From Eledone cirrhosa (Eukaryota), in the NCBI GenBank assembly GCA_964016885.1, contig OZ024741.1, positions 93,310,001 through 93,374,000 of the forward strand: a stretch of DNA of 64,000 nucleotides, written 5' to 3'. The number at the start of each line of letters is the position of its first letter. The stretch's first letter is position 1. A program made the position numbers and the translations under genes. Below, one piece after another: positions 42,113 to 55,342 of this stretch. The notes beneath the pieces are model-generated. The model did not search any database and was not told the origin of the DNA. It saw nothing but the letters and a program-made list of their open reading frames with translations.

Positions 42113-42714
42113 GTCAGGTCACCAGTTGGTACTACTGGTAACATGTATCCCAGTACAACCTGTTTCATGGTCGGGTCGTTGGCGACTAAACTGGCAACCC
42201 CACCAAGGTTTCTTGGTGAGGAGGGTGACTTTGGACATCCTGCAGGACTAAAAACAAAACCTGTCAAAGGGCAAAGGAGCTCTTAAGAGTCAATGGCTAT
42301 CCAAAATCACCGGGAGAGATGACCCCTTAGCCTTTGTCAAGGCAGAATTCTAGGAGAAGGTAAACTCTGATATAACACCTGCAACTCTGATGGTATCCAA
42401 TTATGCTGACTTGTTCTTTTTGGTAAATATCATCTTGGTTAAGAGAGTGGGACTGGCTTTGTGCAGTGCCTTTGCTCACTATAAAAGCTTCACGGCACAG
42501 TCATTGCTTTATATCTGGAGATCTCTCTGCACTTGTCATCACATGGTACCAAGGGCCCAGCACTATGTGTCAATAATTTTCACAAGTGTAGTGTTACCAG
42601 AGTTTTCAAGTCGCTAGCTGGACTAAAAAGTCACACTCGTTCAGCACATCGGTAGGAGTTCTCCTACATGGATATAAAGTAGTGGCCGTACTCCAAAACG
42701 AGTTGGCAGCCACC
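42113..42714 (+). mobile_element. RTE 5'-UTR-derived non-autonomous element
   Basis: CTAGGAGAAGGTAAACTCTGA and AACCTGTCAAAGGG resemble RTE 5' UTR motifs; lies between (TA)n tracts; no ORF. Confidence 0.5.
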
Positions 42715-42729
42715 ATATATATATATGTA

Positions 42730-42930
42730 CCGTGTTTTCCCGATTATAAGCCATGGCTTATATTAATTTTTACTCCGAAATGTACCACTACGGCTATTTT
42801 GGGGGTGAGGGGGTTAATATACCGAAAAAATGACACTACGTAACTGAAAATTACAAATTCGCTAAATGACTGGAAATTACGAAAAAAACAATCAGCATTT
42901 ATGCGCAATGTTTACTTCAAAGATCAAATT
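42730..42930. mobile_element. Tc2/pogo-type MITE end
   Basis: TA followed by CCGTGTTTTCCCGATTATAAGCC. Confidence 0.55.
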
Positions 42931-42939
42931 TATTAAAAA

Positions 42940-43275
42940 TTAATAGTTGATTTTATGTATGTGTGATTCTATGTTGGCTGCAGTAGAGTAAGAGAGTTTG
43001 ATAGTTTTTCTGTTAAAGATTGTATGGTATTTGTGTAGTTTAGGTAGGTTGGTTTTTATAGAAGAGTTGAATATTGGATTGAACCATAAGTATTTCCTAT
43101 CTCTGGATTTTCTGTAGTTCCTAGTGGTCCCTATATTAGTGTTCGGTTCAGTTATTTCTGTTGCTCGTTGTCTTTACATGTTCCATGTTTAGTTCTATAT
43201 TTGTTATTCCTATGGGTGCAGGTAGTGTAGTTATCATTAGGTTTGTTGTTGCTGCCTGTATCTGGTATGTATTTG
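42940..43275 (-). pseudogene. Naiad-type linker fragment
   Basis: RKYLWFNPIFNSSIKTNLPK..HKYHTIFNRKTIKLSYST. Confidence 0.75.
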
Positions 43276-43279
43276 AGCC

Positions 43280-46200
43280 CCGCCTGCGACCAGGACTGTT
43301 ACACCACCCATGATCCGTGTGTTGTGCCTCAGATCTTGAAGTAACCTGTCAAGAGCCTCAAAGGCTCCCTTAAGGCTCATTGTCGCCTTATCCCAAATAA
43401 TTAACCTGCACTCAGTAAAAAGTTTGGCTTTTGTAGATCCCCGACTGATATTGCAGGTCGCCATCTCTTTTTTGGCCAAGTCCAAAGGCAATTTGAAGCA
43501 CGAATGTGCGCCCACCATTTAGCAGGGTTGCAGCTATTCCACTTGAGGCAACCGCTAGGGCTATCTGTCTCATTTGTCGCAGCTTAGCCGAGAGAAGGTT
43601 GATGATGAACGTCTTGCCAGTTCCACCTGGAGCATCGAGGAAGAAAAGATCTCCATTTTCACAGTCAATGGACGAAATAACGGAGCAGTAAGCTGTTCTT
43701 TAATCTTCATTCATTCGATGCTCGCTATCAGCCACATACGACGCCATTTCTTCCACATCGTAGTTGATCTCCTGTAAATACTCGATTTCTAGAGCGTTGG
43801 ATGTCACATCTGGTTGAGGCAGACCAAAAGCGGCGACTCCTTTGCCTCCCATAGATAGCCCATAACTGGAGTTCCCTGTTTGCGTTTGATCCATTTTTTG
43901 TCTGATGACCAGGTGTAATAGACAGGAACCTCAAAATAAAGCAGCAATCTGGCGAATTTGTCGGTTTTGCATAGATCGACAAAAGCTGTCAGGGTTGTTT
44001 CTTGCGGATGTTCAACCACATTTTGGGCATTATCTTTTGTGAAATATACACGCTGGCCTTTTTCATGAACAGCTAGATTCACAACTGTTGGATGCCACCC
44101 GTAGATTTCGAAGCCAAAGATGCACCACATCACCTCATTAGATGAAATATATCTGCCCAACAGATAATGTTTTATTTCATCCACTTGCTGACCCTCCTGG
44201 TTTACTCCAAAAACTGCCATATCCGAACCCTTGTTAATGTATTTGCAGACATACTTGATGCTCTTTATTGAGTTACATGATTCAACATTGATATGGGCCT
44301 CGAACGTTTTTAAAAGTAGTCTGTTGTTGTCAACTTCAACCTCTTGACAGTTTATCTTGAGTATTCCCCCCAAAGTCGGGCGCACGTTGGCAGTAAATGG
44401 GGTACCCGTGAACCCCAGTGCATGTTTCTCTGTTGAAAGCTCTGGGATATCGTTTCGTGCACTTGTTCTGTGCCATACATGGTGCTGCAGAGTTTATGAC
44501 ACGCATGTGCTTTGAAACAATCCTGAAGAGTTCGGGGTCCTTTTGAGGGTCAGGCAGCTCTGCCCATATAATCCGATCGATGTCCGAAGGCCTGATTCTC
44601 TCCTTGCACCAAATTAATATGAGCGTGTGGAAGACCCTGTTTCTGCCATTCCACTGTGTACATCCAAGCATTCAGTTGCCCGAAAATGGCACCATGTTTC
44701 AGCAACCACATAAGGTTTTGCAATTTAAGATGGGGAAAACTCTCGCAAATAAGTCATGTCTGTCGCAGGTTGCCTGTCCGTTGAATAGGTATTCCTTAAT
44801 CTCTGGCCAGTTAGGGTTGCATGTGAAGGTTATAAACAGGTCAGGACGGCCAAATTTACGAACATATGACATTGCATCCTGTGTTCGCTGATGCATATAC
44901 CGCGGTGACCCGGTAAAGCTGGAAGGTAGAATCACCTGATGTCCAACATTGGATCCGTCACGCTGCACAGCGTCCTTTAGGTGGATGTATTTCTCGGCTT
45001 GCAGAGTTTTCTGATTAAGTCGTATGAAAAGTAGCCTTTCACCTTCTATCTTGGCGTACATGTCGACCAAGATTTGGTTAGTCACGTCTCTGAAGCGTAG
45101 AATTTGGTTGAATTGACCATCTCGAACCATTAGACGGTATGCCTAAAAATCCTTGCAAGAAACGCGTTTAGACAATTCAGCACCGCTCGTTTGATTAACC
45201 TGGCGCAGTTCAAAGTTGTAGCCGTCTTCCCCGTTTGGAAAAACCACGGGATACTGGAGGCAGTCGTACGCTCGATTACTTGCGCAAACAAATGAAAGTC
45301 GACTGTCGCGATGATGAAGCACGATATTGCGCTTACCGTACTGTTCACCGACCAAAATGGCTGCTACCTCGTTAGTAGTTGGAGCATTGAAACGCCTGGG
45401 ATGTTCTCCAGCAGGACGACGGTCAGCTTTAATGGTTAATTGAAGTTCGGGTCGGCCGTCCAGCAGTTCCAAAGCATTCTTAAAATCTCTAACATTAGGG
45501 TGAGTTGCATGAAGCATGATTTGAAGGTTAGCAACAATACTCACGTCAACACTGGAATTTAACTTACATCTTTGGGAAACCTCCTCGTCGGACCCCCCCT
45601 CCCCATGAAGAAGACCTGCAGAAATTTGGGTTCCACGTTTGGCTACGGACAAAGACTGCCCATCAGATGGTACACTGACCCTGAATTTTGAAGGTGTACG
45701 CTTTTTCCTTTTTTTCCCTGTCAGAGTTGGAGTTTTCCTCACCACGGCCGTCATTAACACGGCCATCATTATCACCAAAAGATGTCATAGCAAAACACGA
45801 ATTATATTTCCACGTGTCCTTGCAGAATTTCTTGATGTCGTTGGAGTTTCTGGTGAGCAGATTTTTCAGAATTTCAGGTGGATCTGCCAACGCTTGAAGT
45901 CGAACCTTACCTCTAGAACAACAAAGACCGGGTGCCTTGCCGCCCCACTTCTTAGCTCCGCAATACTGGCATATCTTGTCCATTTTACCAAGAGTTATGG
46001 CAGGGTGATCAGTAAAATCTTCAGAATGGCTGTAGTTGAAGCCAGCTTTCATCCAAACAACGCCTCTTGCAGAAGCTACATTTCTTTGACGTCTTGCTGC
46101 CAGCCTTTCTTCTCTTACCTCAACTGACTCTTCAAGAAGAGTGCGTTTGTCAGCAAGGCGGGCTTCCCTTGCTTCGGCTGACTCTTCAAGAAGAGTGTGT

Positions 46201-46745
46201 TGATTGCGAATGCACTGGTCAGCCAGGCGGGCCTCCCTAGCTTCGGCTGACTCTTCAAGAAGAGAGCGTTCATTACGACCGCGCATGTCAGCAAGACGGG
46301 CCTCCCTTGCTTCGGCTGACTCTTCGAGAAGAGAGCGTTCATTACGACCGCACATGTCAACAAGATGGGCCTCCCTTGCTTCGGCTGACTCTTCGACAAC
46401 AGAGCGTTCATTACGACTGCGCATGTCAGCAAGGCAGGCCTCCTTTGCTTCGGCTGACTCTTCAAGAAGAGAGCATTGATTGCGGCTGCGTTTGTTAGCA
46501 AGGTGGGCCTGCCTTGCTTCTTCGGACTCCTCGAGAACCGAGTGTTCACGATACTGACGTGACGTTGAAGGTCAGCCTTCCCTTTGGCTAGCCGTTTCCT
46601 AGTAAAATAAAGACAAAAAAAGTTAATTTAAAATAAAATACAGATAAACGTGTATTGCAAAATAAGCATAAAAAATAGAAGAGGCGTACCTGTGCTCGCG
46701 ATTCCCTTTGTCGCAATTTAAGGTGTTTGGTTCTTTTAGAAGAGA
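43280..46745 (-). mobile_element. Helitron 2 RepHel (degraded, 3'-truncated) with 5' TC end
   Basis: A|TCTCTTCTAAAAG start at 46745; 69-bp/23-aa repeats at 46130-46550; CQYC..CCSRGKV, ILPSSFTGSPRYM, FGRPDLFITFTCNP, KYVCKYINKGSD, DAPGGTGKTF, ASSGIAATLL. Confidence 0.95.
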
Positions 46746-46751
46746 TAATAG

Positions 46752-49700
46752 AGTTGAATAGGAGGTTAACTGTGTGTACAAACATTAATAATGCTCCGAA
46801 GACTCCAAGCCTAGGTTTGGAAGAAACAATTGTCAGCGATTAAATGTTTTAAACATAACTTTGATTCTTGTGTATTCAATATTACTGCTCTGTAAAACAA
46901 CTGATGTCCTTACATTGAGCTATTTATCTTACTGGTAATAAGGTAGTAATTAATTACTGACCTTCCCTGTTTATAGTTGTCTATAGTATAGTATATACAT
47001 AACTATAAATAGTATCTTTAATATTATTAACTGCTCCATACTGTTGAGCTAACATACATTAAATTACCAGTATGCTGATCAAAGACTACCTTCCTATGTC
47101 TACTAAGAACATACCAATACCATCTAAAGATACATACGAAAAATTGTTGATCAATAGTGTCAACTCCTTTATCAATAGAGTGAGATGGAGGACATTCCAT
47201 TATGATAAAAACAGATCTAACAAAACCGATGATACTAACAAATTTGACTCCTTCTGCTTTAAAACTGTTAAAAGCCCTCCTCACAACACACTATTAAACT
47301 CTTTTGAAAATGACCTAATAAAACTAGTTAAGAAAATTAAATACAAAAAAGCATCGTAATAGAAACAACACCTTCTTAAACAAACTTAACTCCTCTATTA
47401 AAGGATTCAATACAAATAATAAAATTATTGTACATGCAGATAAAACTAATAATATATATAGCCTAGATTATGATACTTATAGAAAATTTATATATAAAGA
47501 ACTACACAGGAGCTATAAGAAAACTACTATTAAAAACCGAGAAGATATTAATTTGGAAGGCCGTAGTATAGTGTCTAAATTGGAACTTCAGAGACATACA
47601 CCCCTAACCCCCCAAGATTCTCTCTGAAGGACCATAAGGAAGATTTCATTAGTAACCCTTCGATAAGACTAATCTGCCCTTCAAATCTGACATTGGCATT
47701 ATCATAAGAAAATTTTAGATAAAATCATCCCACAGATTAAGCACAAAATATACCTTAAATAGTGGGGAAATACAGGTGAAGTTATTGAATGGTTTAAGGA
47801 TATTAAAGAGAACAAAAATAAAAAATTTATACAGTTTGATATCAATTCATACTACACCTCTATTTCCCCTATCCTATTAAATAAGGCACTCATTATGGCC
47901 ATGAACAATAGTGACCTGACTAAATCCCAGATTGATGTCATACTTGCGGCCCGTAAAACCATAATTACATTTGAAGATCAGTTATGGACCCTAGTGACTC
48001 GGCGCAGGTCACTGATTTGGTAGGCCTATATCTACTAAATGAAATCCATAAGGACCTACCATACCTCAACGGTGGTTTATACCGCGATGATGCACTACTC
48101 CTTATAGACTATAACAAATTTAATATAGAAAGAACTAGGAAATTATTACATAAAACTTTCAAAAACTATAACTTAAGTATCACCATAGACAAAAACACTA
48201 AAAATGTTAACTTTACCTAGACTCTAAAATATATACACCCTTTCATAAACCTAACGAAAAACTAATTTATGTAGATACCAAGTCTAACCGCCCTAGATCC
48301 ATATTAAACTCAATCACTAAAGGAATATCTAATAGAATCTCTAATCTACCTTATAACGAAACCATATTTAGCAATAATTCACAATACTATAATCAGGCAT
48401 TAGCTAAATCAGGCCATAATAATGGGATTGAGTTCCTACCTATAAAATCACATGGTTATATTATTTCTCACAATATGGCCATGAGGAAAAATAGTAATAA
48501 GAATAACCACCCTTACACTAATATGAAGGGTAGTATCAAACTTAACTCGCACCAAAGTAGACACCAAAATATTATAAACAGAAATACCTCAATAGATATA
48601 AAAAACAAAAATAGAAGAACTAATACATTTTTCAATCCCCCTTTCAATCTAAATGTCTCTACCAACTTACCTAAGGCTTTCTTCTCAATCCTGGAAAAAA
48701 ACTTCCCATCTGGCCACAAGTACCATGGTCTTATAAATAAAAACACCATTAAAATCTCCTACTCTACCACACCTAACATAGCATACGATATAGCTAGTAG
48801 TAATAAAAGAAAGATTAATACTTATTTTCAACAAATTAAAACACAGCAGGAGGTAAACTTTCTAAACAACATAATAACTACAAACCCTAATAACAATAGT
48901 AATAACACTAATAAAATCAATAACATTAGGAACGACAACCATCATAGCCCTAATGCAATCAGACTTCTACACAACATAATAACCGACAAGATAACATCCA
49001 AAATAAATGTAACTGTAGATCAAATAGAACCTGCCCTTTAGGTAACAACTGCTTAATCAAGGACATCATTTACTCATGCACGGTCAACACTAACAACTCT
49101 TCTAAAACCTATATAGGCTCTACTTCGAACTGCTTCAAGACGAGATACAACTCACACATCCATTCTTTCAAAAAACACAATCTAATCAACTCCACTTCAC
49201 TATCTAGCTACATACACTATCTGAAAACTAGGAATAGATCATATACACTTCAATGGGAAGTAGTAGGTAGGGCTGCATCGTATAAACCACCTAATAAATT
49301 TTGTAACCTCTGTCTACTAGAGACCCATACTATAATCTTTTCGAATCTTAACCTCCTTAATAAAAAATCAGAAGCGTTTGCATCATGCCAGCACCGCTTC
49401 CGACACTCTTTCCAAAACTTTAAACCTAGTATATAACAATGTCGGATTTGAACTCATCACCACCATTAGCACTTCACCTCTAGGACTTGCCATCCACCAC
49501 TGCATCACACTTTTTGATCCACCCTTTCCTCTGAACAAATCATTTTATCTATAACTTTATACCCTAGAAATATTCTTATAGACACTACCTTTTAATATAA
49601 TTACTTTAGATTACTTATAATTATATAGTGATTGAAATATTATACAATTTATATAAACTTTAAATATTAAATGTAACAATGAATTATATATACATTTATA

Positions 49701-51293
49701 AATAAATGTATAAATTAACATTGTATATATAGGATTAATTTATTAACATAAGGGATTTATCTAACTTAAATGTATTATGGAACAATGAATTATATATTTA
49801 TAATTAAATGTATAAATTAATAACATTGTATATAAAGGATGTATCTAATTTATCATGCAAACAGCTATATGTTATTCCATAGCTTACCAGATATTGGGTA
49901 GACAACTTTCTAATGAAACCTTTAATATATTATGAGAGAGTAGACTGTATTTAAAATGGAATATAAATATATAACTTTTATATAAGAGACTCAATTGAGG
50001 CACCATATAATGTGTAGTGGTTGTGTGTATAATGGTGAAATATTGATAAGGCATGTGTATGCTAGAAAAATGAACAAGTAGGTGAATGGATTCCTTATAA
50101 AAATAATTTATTTCACTGGAACTTAATTTGTGGTTATGTACACATGCTTTACTACATACAAAAATGTTAATGTTGACAACTGCTACGAGCTGTTAGAAAA
50201 TAGAACCAGGATACATTTGTGGAACTGGTGTGTTAGAATGAATATGTTTGTGTGAGTGTGTGTGTGTAGTTCATCTGACACAGTAGTTCATTACGCTTGC
50301 TTTGCCAGGTCTCTCTGTGTCCGGTGTCAGACCAGCTTTCTGTCTCGGGTTTCCCTTGACTCTCATATATATAATGTTGCGGTGGCTAGAATGATAGACA
50401 TACCGCAACAGGGTTTCTACGTCCTTTGGTCAATTTGACTTTGGCTTGACCTAGCTGAGGTCGTAGGTCAAAGGGAGGCGATCAATCACTTTTTGACAGG
50501 ACAAAGAAAAAAACCTTTCTTTGTCGCCTGTCGTCGTGATTTTGAACAGCGAGAATTCTTAGATTCGGTTTCGAATCTAGGCTTGGAGAAGGAAGTGTTA
50601 TTTGTTTAGAGCAATGAATTTAATTATTATAATGAGCTAGTTACCTCCCCTTAATTCCATACCCACTTCCAGATATTAAACCGTTGAAAATTCTAGCAGC
50701 TGAATAACTCTAAGTTACAATACATTACAACCCATTACTTTAACAAACATTCAATACAAATATATCGTAGCTTATGTAATGGATGTGAAATCTGTAACTT
50801 TCTTTTTCTACACACATACAAATTTGAACTATACAGAAAATATAGTACACTAACATATTCGCTTAAAGTGCTTGTATTGCTTGTATTTCATGTAATACCT
50901 TGCCATACAGTACTCATATATGCATAATACATTTGCTTGTTCCATTCCTTTATATATGACTAACGCATGTACTATCTCTTTAATTTGATTATTAGACTAT
51001 TCTCTTGTATTATCTGTCGCATGTATTCCACCCTATGCTTTTAATTTTAAATTTAATTTTGATTTTAATCTTAATTTGAATTATAATATAATATATATCG
51101 CATCCATTCCACACTGTAAACATGAAACTGTTGTCAATATATATGTATCTGTATGATTCTTTAGTTGAATAGGAGGTTAACTGTGTGTACAAACATTAAT
51201 AATGCTCCAAAGTCTCCAAGCCTAGGTTTGGAAGAAACAATTGTCAGCGATTAAATGTTTTAAACATAACTTTGATTCTTGTGTATTCAATAT
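46752..51293 (+). mobile_element. Near full-length Naiad-type PLE (RT + GIY-YIG) between direct pseudo-LTRs
   Basis: ~131-bp direct repeats at 46752-46882 and 51163-51293; frameshifted ORF 47072-~49435 with ADKTN, FDINSYY, GGLYRDD, FFNPPF, CNCR..CPL..CL, IIYSC, TYIGST, FKTRY, CNLCLLE. Confidence 0.92.
46790..46841 (+). ncRNA. Minimal hammerhead ribozyme in the 5' pseudo-LTR (degenerate copy at 51201-51252)
   Basis: AATGCT-CCGAAGA-C-TCCAAGC/GTTTGGA-A-GAAA-CAATTG-TC-AGCGATT. Confidence 0.8.
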
Positions 51294-51297
51294 ATAT

Positions 51298-51623
51298 ATC
51301 ATTTCATTTCATTTTACGTCCGCTTTTTCCCTGCTTGCAAGGGTGGGACGGGAACTGATTCTGGCTTGATTTCTACAGCTGGATGCCCTTCCTAACACCA
51401 ACCTCATTTACAGTGCTTTTTTGCCGTGGCACCTCCACGACCACTTTACAGTGGAATGATAGGGACCCCAGTCCTTATCATCTCATTTCTACAGCTGAGT
51501 AAACTGGAGCAATGTGAAATAAAGTGTCTTGCTCAAGGAAACAACACATCACCCGGTCTGAGAATTGAACTCACAACCTTTCGATTGCAAGGCCAATGCT
51601 CTAACCACTAAGCCATGTGCCCC
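51298..51623 (-). mobile_element. Full-length tRNA-derived SINE with CORE-like body and RTE-derived 5'/3' pieces
   Basis: A box TGGCTTAGTGG, B box GAGTTCAATTC, CCTTGAGCAAGACACTT; tail identical to the RTE end at ~55345-55391. Confidence 0.9.
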
Positions 51624-51648
51624 CATATATATATACACACACACACAC

Positions 51649-52644
51649 AATATTAAACAAATGGAAACTACATTTATAAAACCATATTTATTTCATTATA
51701 TATATTTCAGGGATATCATATTAAAAATACGGTATGCCCTCTTCAGACAAAATACAATATATAAACAGTTTTATGTATATGTATGTATGTATGTACATAT
51801 ATGTACGGTAAAATCTATTTTAACGCAATGAAGCTTTTCATGTGAAATAAAAATTTACAGAGCTGTTCACGTAGGCTCACACATGTCTATAATGTCAATT
51901 TGAGATAACCTTCTCTTTTTCTTTTTCTTTTTTCATGAAAATACATATATACTTATGTATTTCAGTATTTTTTTTTGAAGTTTTATCTCAGATTTTGATT
52001 GTAAACCTAAGAATTTTTAAACTAAACATATAGTCATTATTTTTTCACACATTATTGATATGTGTCTCATTCATATTTACATTATAATTCATAGGAATTG
52101 ATAGACTGATGAAACATATTTTAAAACTATCATTTTTATTTCTAAGTATATCTCCTCTCCTCCTCCCACTACATTTAACGGGACTTATGTATCGGCTATT
52201 TTAACTCTATCTCCTGTATCTCACCCCTCCCCTATCTCTCCCACCTCGTATAATAGATATTACTCTCTCCTTATTTATTTTTGTTTTTGTTTTATTTCTC
52301 CCTGTATCCTTAACACTAAATAAATAAATAATTACAGTACCCCCTTCCCTCATAAATCTCTCATTTGCGGTTTTCTCTTTACATACATTTCTTCATCTTC
52401 TTCACCTTCCGCTCTTTCTTTTTCTCCGTCTTTCTTTCTAACTGTCATTAACATTCTCACTACCATAACAACTTTTTAAATGGAAGTTGTAAATTTTCCA
52501 AGGTATGTCAAATTTATTTATAAAACTGTTTATATATTGTATTTTGTCTGAAGAGGGCATACCATATTTTTAATATGATATCCCTGAAATATATATAATG
52601 AAATAAATATGGTTTTATAAATGTAGTTTCCATTTGTTTAATAT
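51649..52644. repeat. Inverted repeat (~125-bp arms), PLE terminal-repeat-like
   Basis: 51649-51773 versus 52521-52644 are near-perfect reverse complements. Confidence 0.9.
52541..52604 (+). ncRNA. Hammerhead ribozyme (antisense copy at ~51690-51753)
   Basis: ATTTTGT-CTGAAGA-GGG..CATATT/AATATG..CCC-T-GAAA-TATATA-TA-ATGAAAT; canonical core and palindromic stem III. Confidence 0.75.
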
Positions 52645-53049
52645 CGTAAAATACTCCAAAATCTGTTGAGTGCTTTTATATCAGTTATAAAATATTTACT
52701 TGTTGTAACCCAACAATTTTAAATAAAATTTTTGCATATATATATATATATATAATAGGAACCAGTAAGACCCCGACGGCTGAAATCATGCCGTTTCGAC
52801 GGCTAATTCTGGACGTTATGGTCCACCTGGTTCCTTACCACATTTCCTTCGTTATATATATATATAAAATAAACAACATAAGACAATTATTTCATTTACC
52901 AGTGGTTTCTTAAAAGCAAACAAATTTTGCTTTCAATCATCAGAATGAAAAAATCCTGGTGTATTTATTGGCATTAGATTTTAAAAACAAAAATATAATC
53001 TATATGAAAGTGAGGCTGGAAAAGGAAGAAGGAAAGGAAAAATAAACAC

Positions 53050-53668
53050 ACATGCAAACTCACACATATATATATATACATACACACACACATATGTGTA
53101 TATATATACATACACATACATACATACACACACATATACATGCATATATATACATAAACATATATATACATACACACATACATATATACATACACATACA
53201 TACATACATACACACAATCATACGTATATACACACATACATACACATATATACACGCATACATACGCACACACACAAATAAATATAAGAAAAAATATAAT
53301 AATAAAAATGATAAAGATTATTATAGTGTTGACAGCGATACAGGCAACAAATAAATGAACAAACACACGTGGTAAGCAATACACACAAATGCACGTACGC
53401 ATACATACGTAAAAATAAATACATACACTCTCACACATACATACGCATACGTTATACACACACACATATATATATATATACATATATATTATATATATAT
53501 ATATATATACATACATACATACATATCCATACATACATACATCTACATACATATCAAACACATACATACAAATACAAACACACACATATGTATGTGTAAA
53601 ACTCATTCTTAGATATATTCATATGAACCTTGTTTAACTCTAAAATATATATATATACACATATATAC

Positions 53669-53700
<32 letters not shown>

Positions 53701-54300
53701 CTACACACACATATACATACACATACGTATGTATACATACATACATACACACACACATAATTATGTATATATATATATAAGAAAGAACATACATATTATA
53801 TATATTAAAAAAACTAAATATTGTATAAATAAAAATAATTAGAAAAGGGTATAAATGTTTATAGCTAATTTAGATCACTCAATAAGTTCCTGGAGCAAAT
53901 GATCAATGAAAATAAGCATTAAATCACTGTATGTAATTATGCATATACATACACACACAAACACAACCACAAAAATACACACACACATACATAACCGTAT
54001 ATAATTATACATACGGCAGAGCTCAAGCCGTTTCTGAGGCTATTATATATATACACACAAAACCATTATATAAAAATACATATACACGCCCATACACACA
54101 CATTAAATCTATATATACACACATATATATATATATACACACGCACAAATACAACAGAAGTATATAATATACAATTATATATACATATACATACAGATAA
54201 ATATAAACATACATACATACACACACATATACATATACATACACATATATATATACACATATATATATATATATACACACATATACGCAACACACACACA
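53050..54300. repeat. Compound (TA)/(CA)/(TACA) microsatellite field
   Basis: Directly visible; further tracts at 55210-55342 and 58600-59175. Confidence 0.95.
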
Positions 54301-54419
54301 AAAATAAATATCTAAAAATAAAAAAATTGGGTATGTGAAGGGTAAGGCAGAAAGTAGGGGAAAAAAGGAAAATAATTGACATAGGAAAAGGTTTAAATAT
54401 AAGGGGAGAAAGAGAATAC

Positions 54420-54970
54420 GAGAGTACAGAACGTGGATTCAGCAGGTAAAAAAACCGTAGTGGAAGTAAAGAGCAGAAGTGGCTTTCAGTTTTGTAAAAT
54501 CCTATATTTTTCCGTGGTACACAAAGAACAATTCTTTGTGCCCCTTTGGTACTCCCTCGAATGGTCTAAAATAGACCAATCGATAGAGTACGAGATGTTT
54601 TTATCCTTGAATTCCCACACCTTACTTGCGAGGGCCGTTGCTGTTCTTTTATCGGAGTGCTTAAAAGAAGCGACATGTGCATAAAACCTGGTTTTAAACC
54701 TGTCCTGGGTCATGCCAACATATCGCTCACTCCTGGCTGGCTGGTTGTTGATTAAAGATGTCACTCTGGCCTCATAAACAACGGATTTGGTGTTACATTT
54801 GCCCTGTAATGGGCATTCATCCGGCTTCCTGCAACTGCATCCTGGATTTGTTCTCGTATGATTTGAATTAGTGATCTTAGACTTCATTGATGGGCAACAA
54901 GAGTAACTGATCTTAACTACATTTCTATTAAATATCTTATAATATCTATGATTAGGAGGAAAATGTTTTC
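54420..54970 (-). mobile_element. Naiad-type GIY-YIG endonuclease fragment
   Basis: KISYSCCPS, CSCRKPDECPLQGKC, VVYEARV, RYVGMT, FKTRF, CSLCTTEK. Confidence 0.9.
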
Positions 54971-55266
54971 CTTCCTACATTAGTTTTGACAGTTAGAGAG
55001 AAGGGGGGGGGGGGGCAATTAATTTTCTTTTTCCTATTATTGTGGTTAGTTTTAGGGGGGGGGGAGTAGGTAAATAATTAATTTGTTCTGTAAATCCGCT
55101 GTTATTAAGGGCTTTATTAAAAATGTCTAGAGACAAAGATAAGGTAGAATTCCTACGGCTAATGTTGGGAATAAGATTTTTTTAAATTATAGGGGGATGG
55201 CAAGACTCTGTGTGTATATATCTAAGATTTTTGTTATATATGTGTATATATGTATGTATATATGTG

Positions 55267-55303
<37 letters not shown>

Positions 55304-55342
55304 ATGTATGTATATATATATGCATATATGTATATGTATATA

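Noticed and set aside
49000-49440. Selenoprotein-type Naiad (in-frame UGA at conserved Cys)
   Set aside because: The CNCR/CPL/CL and CNLC cysteines use TGT/TGC here and in 54486-54887. I could not identify a SECIS.
50266-50670. Possible solo LTR inside the Naiad 3' UTR
   Set aside because: It starts TGTAG and is GC-richer than its flanks, but I could not define a matching end or TSD.
51550-51623. tRNA gene
   Set aside because: It is the tRNA-derived head of a SINE, continuing into the SINE body with no complete acceptor stem.
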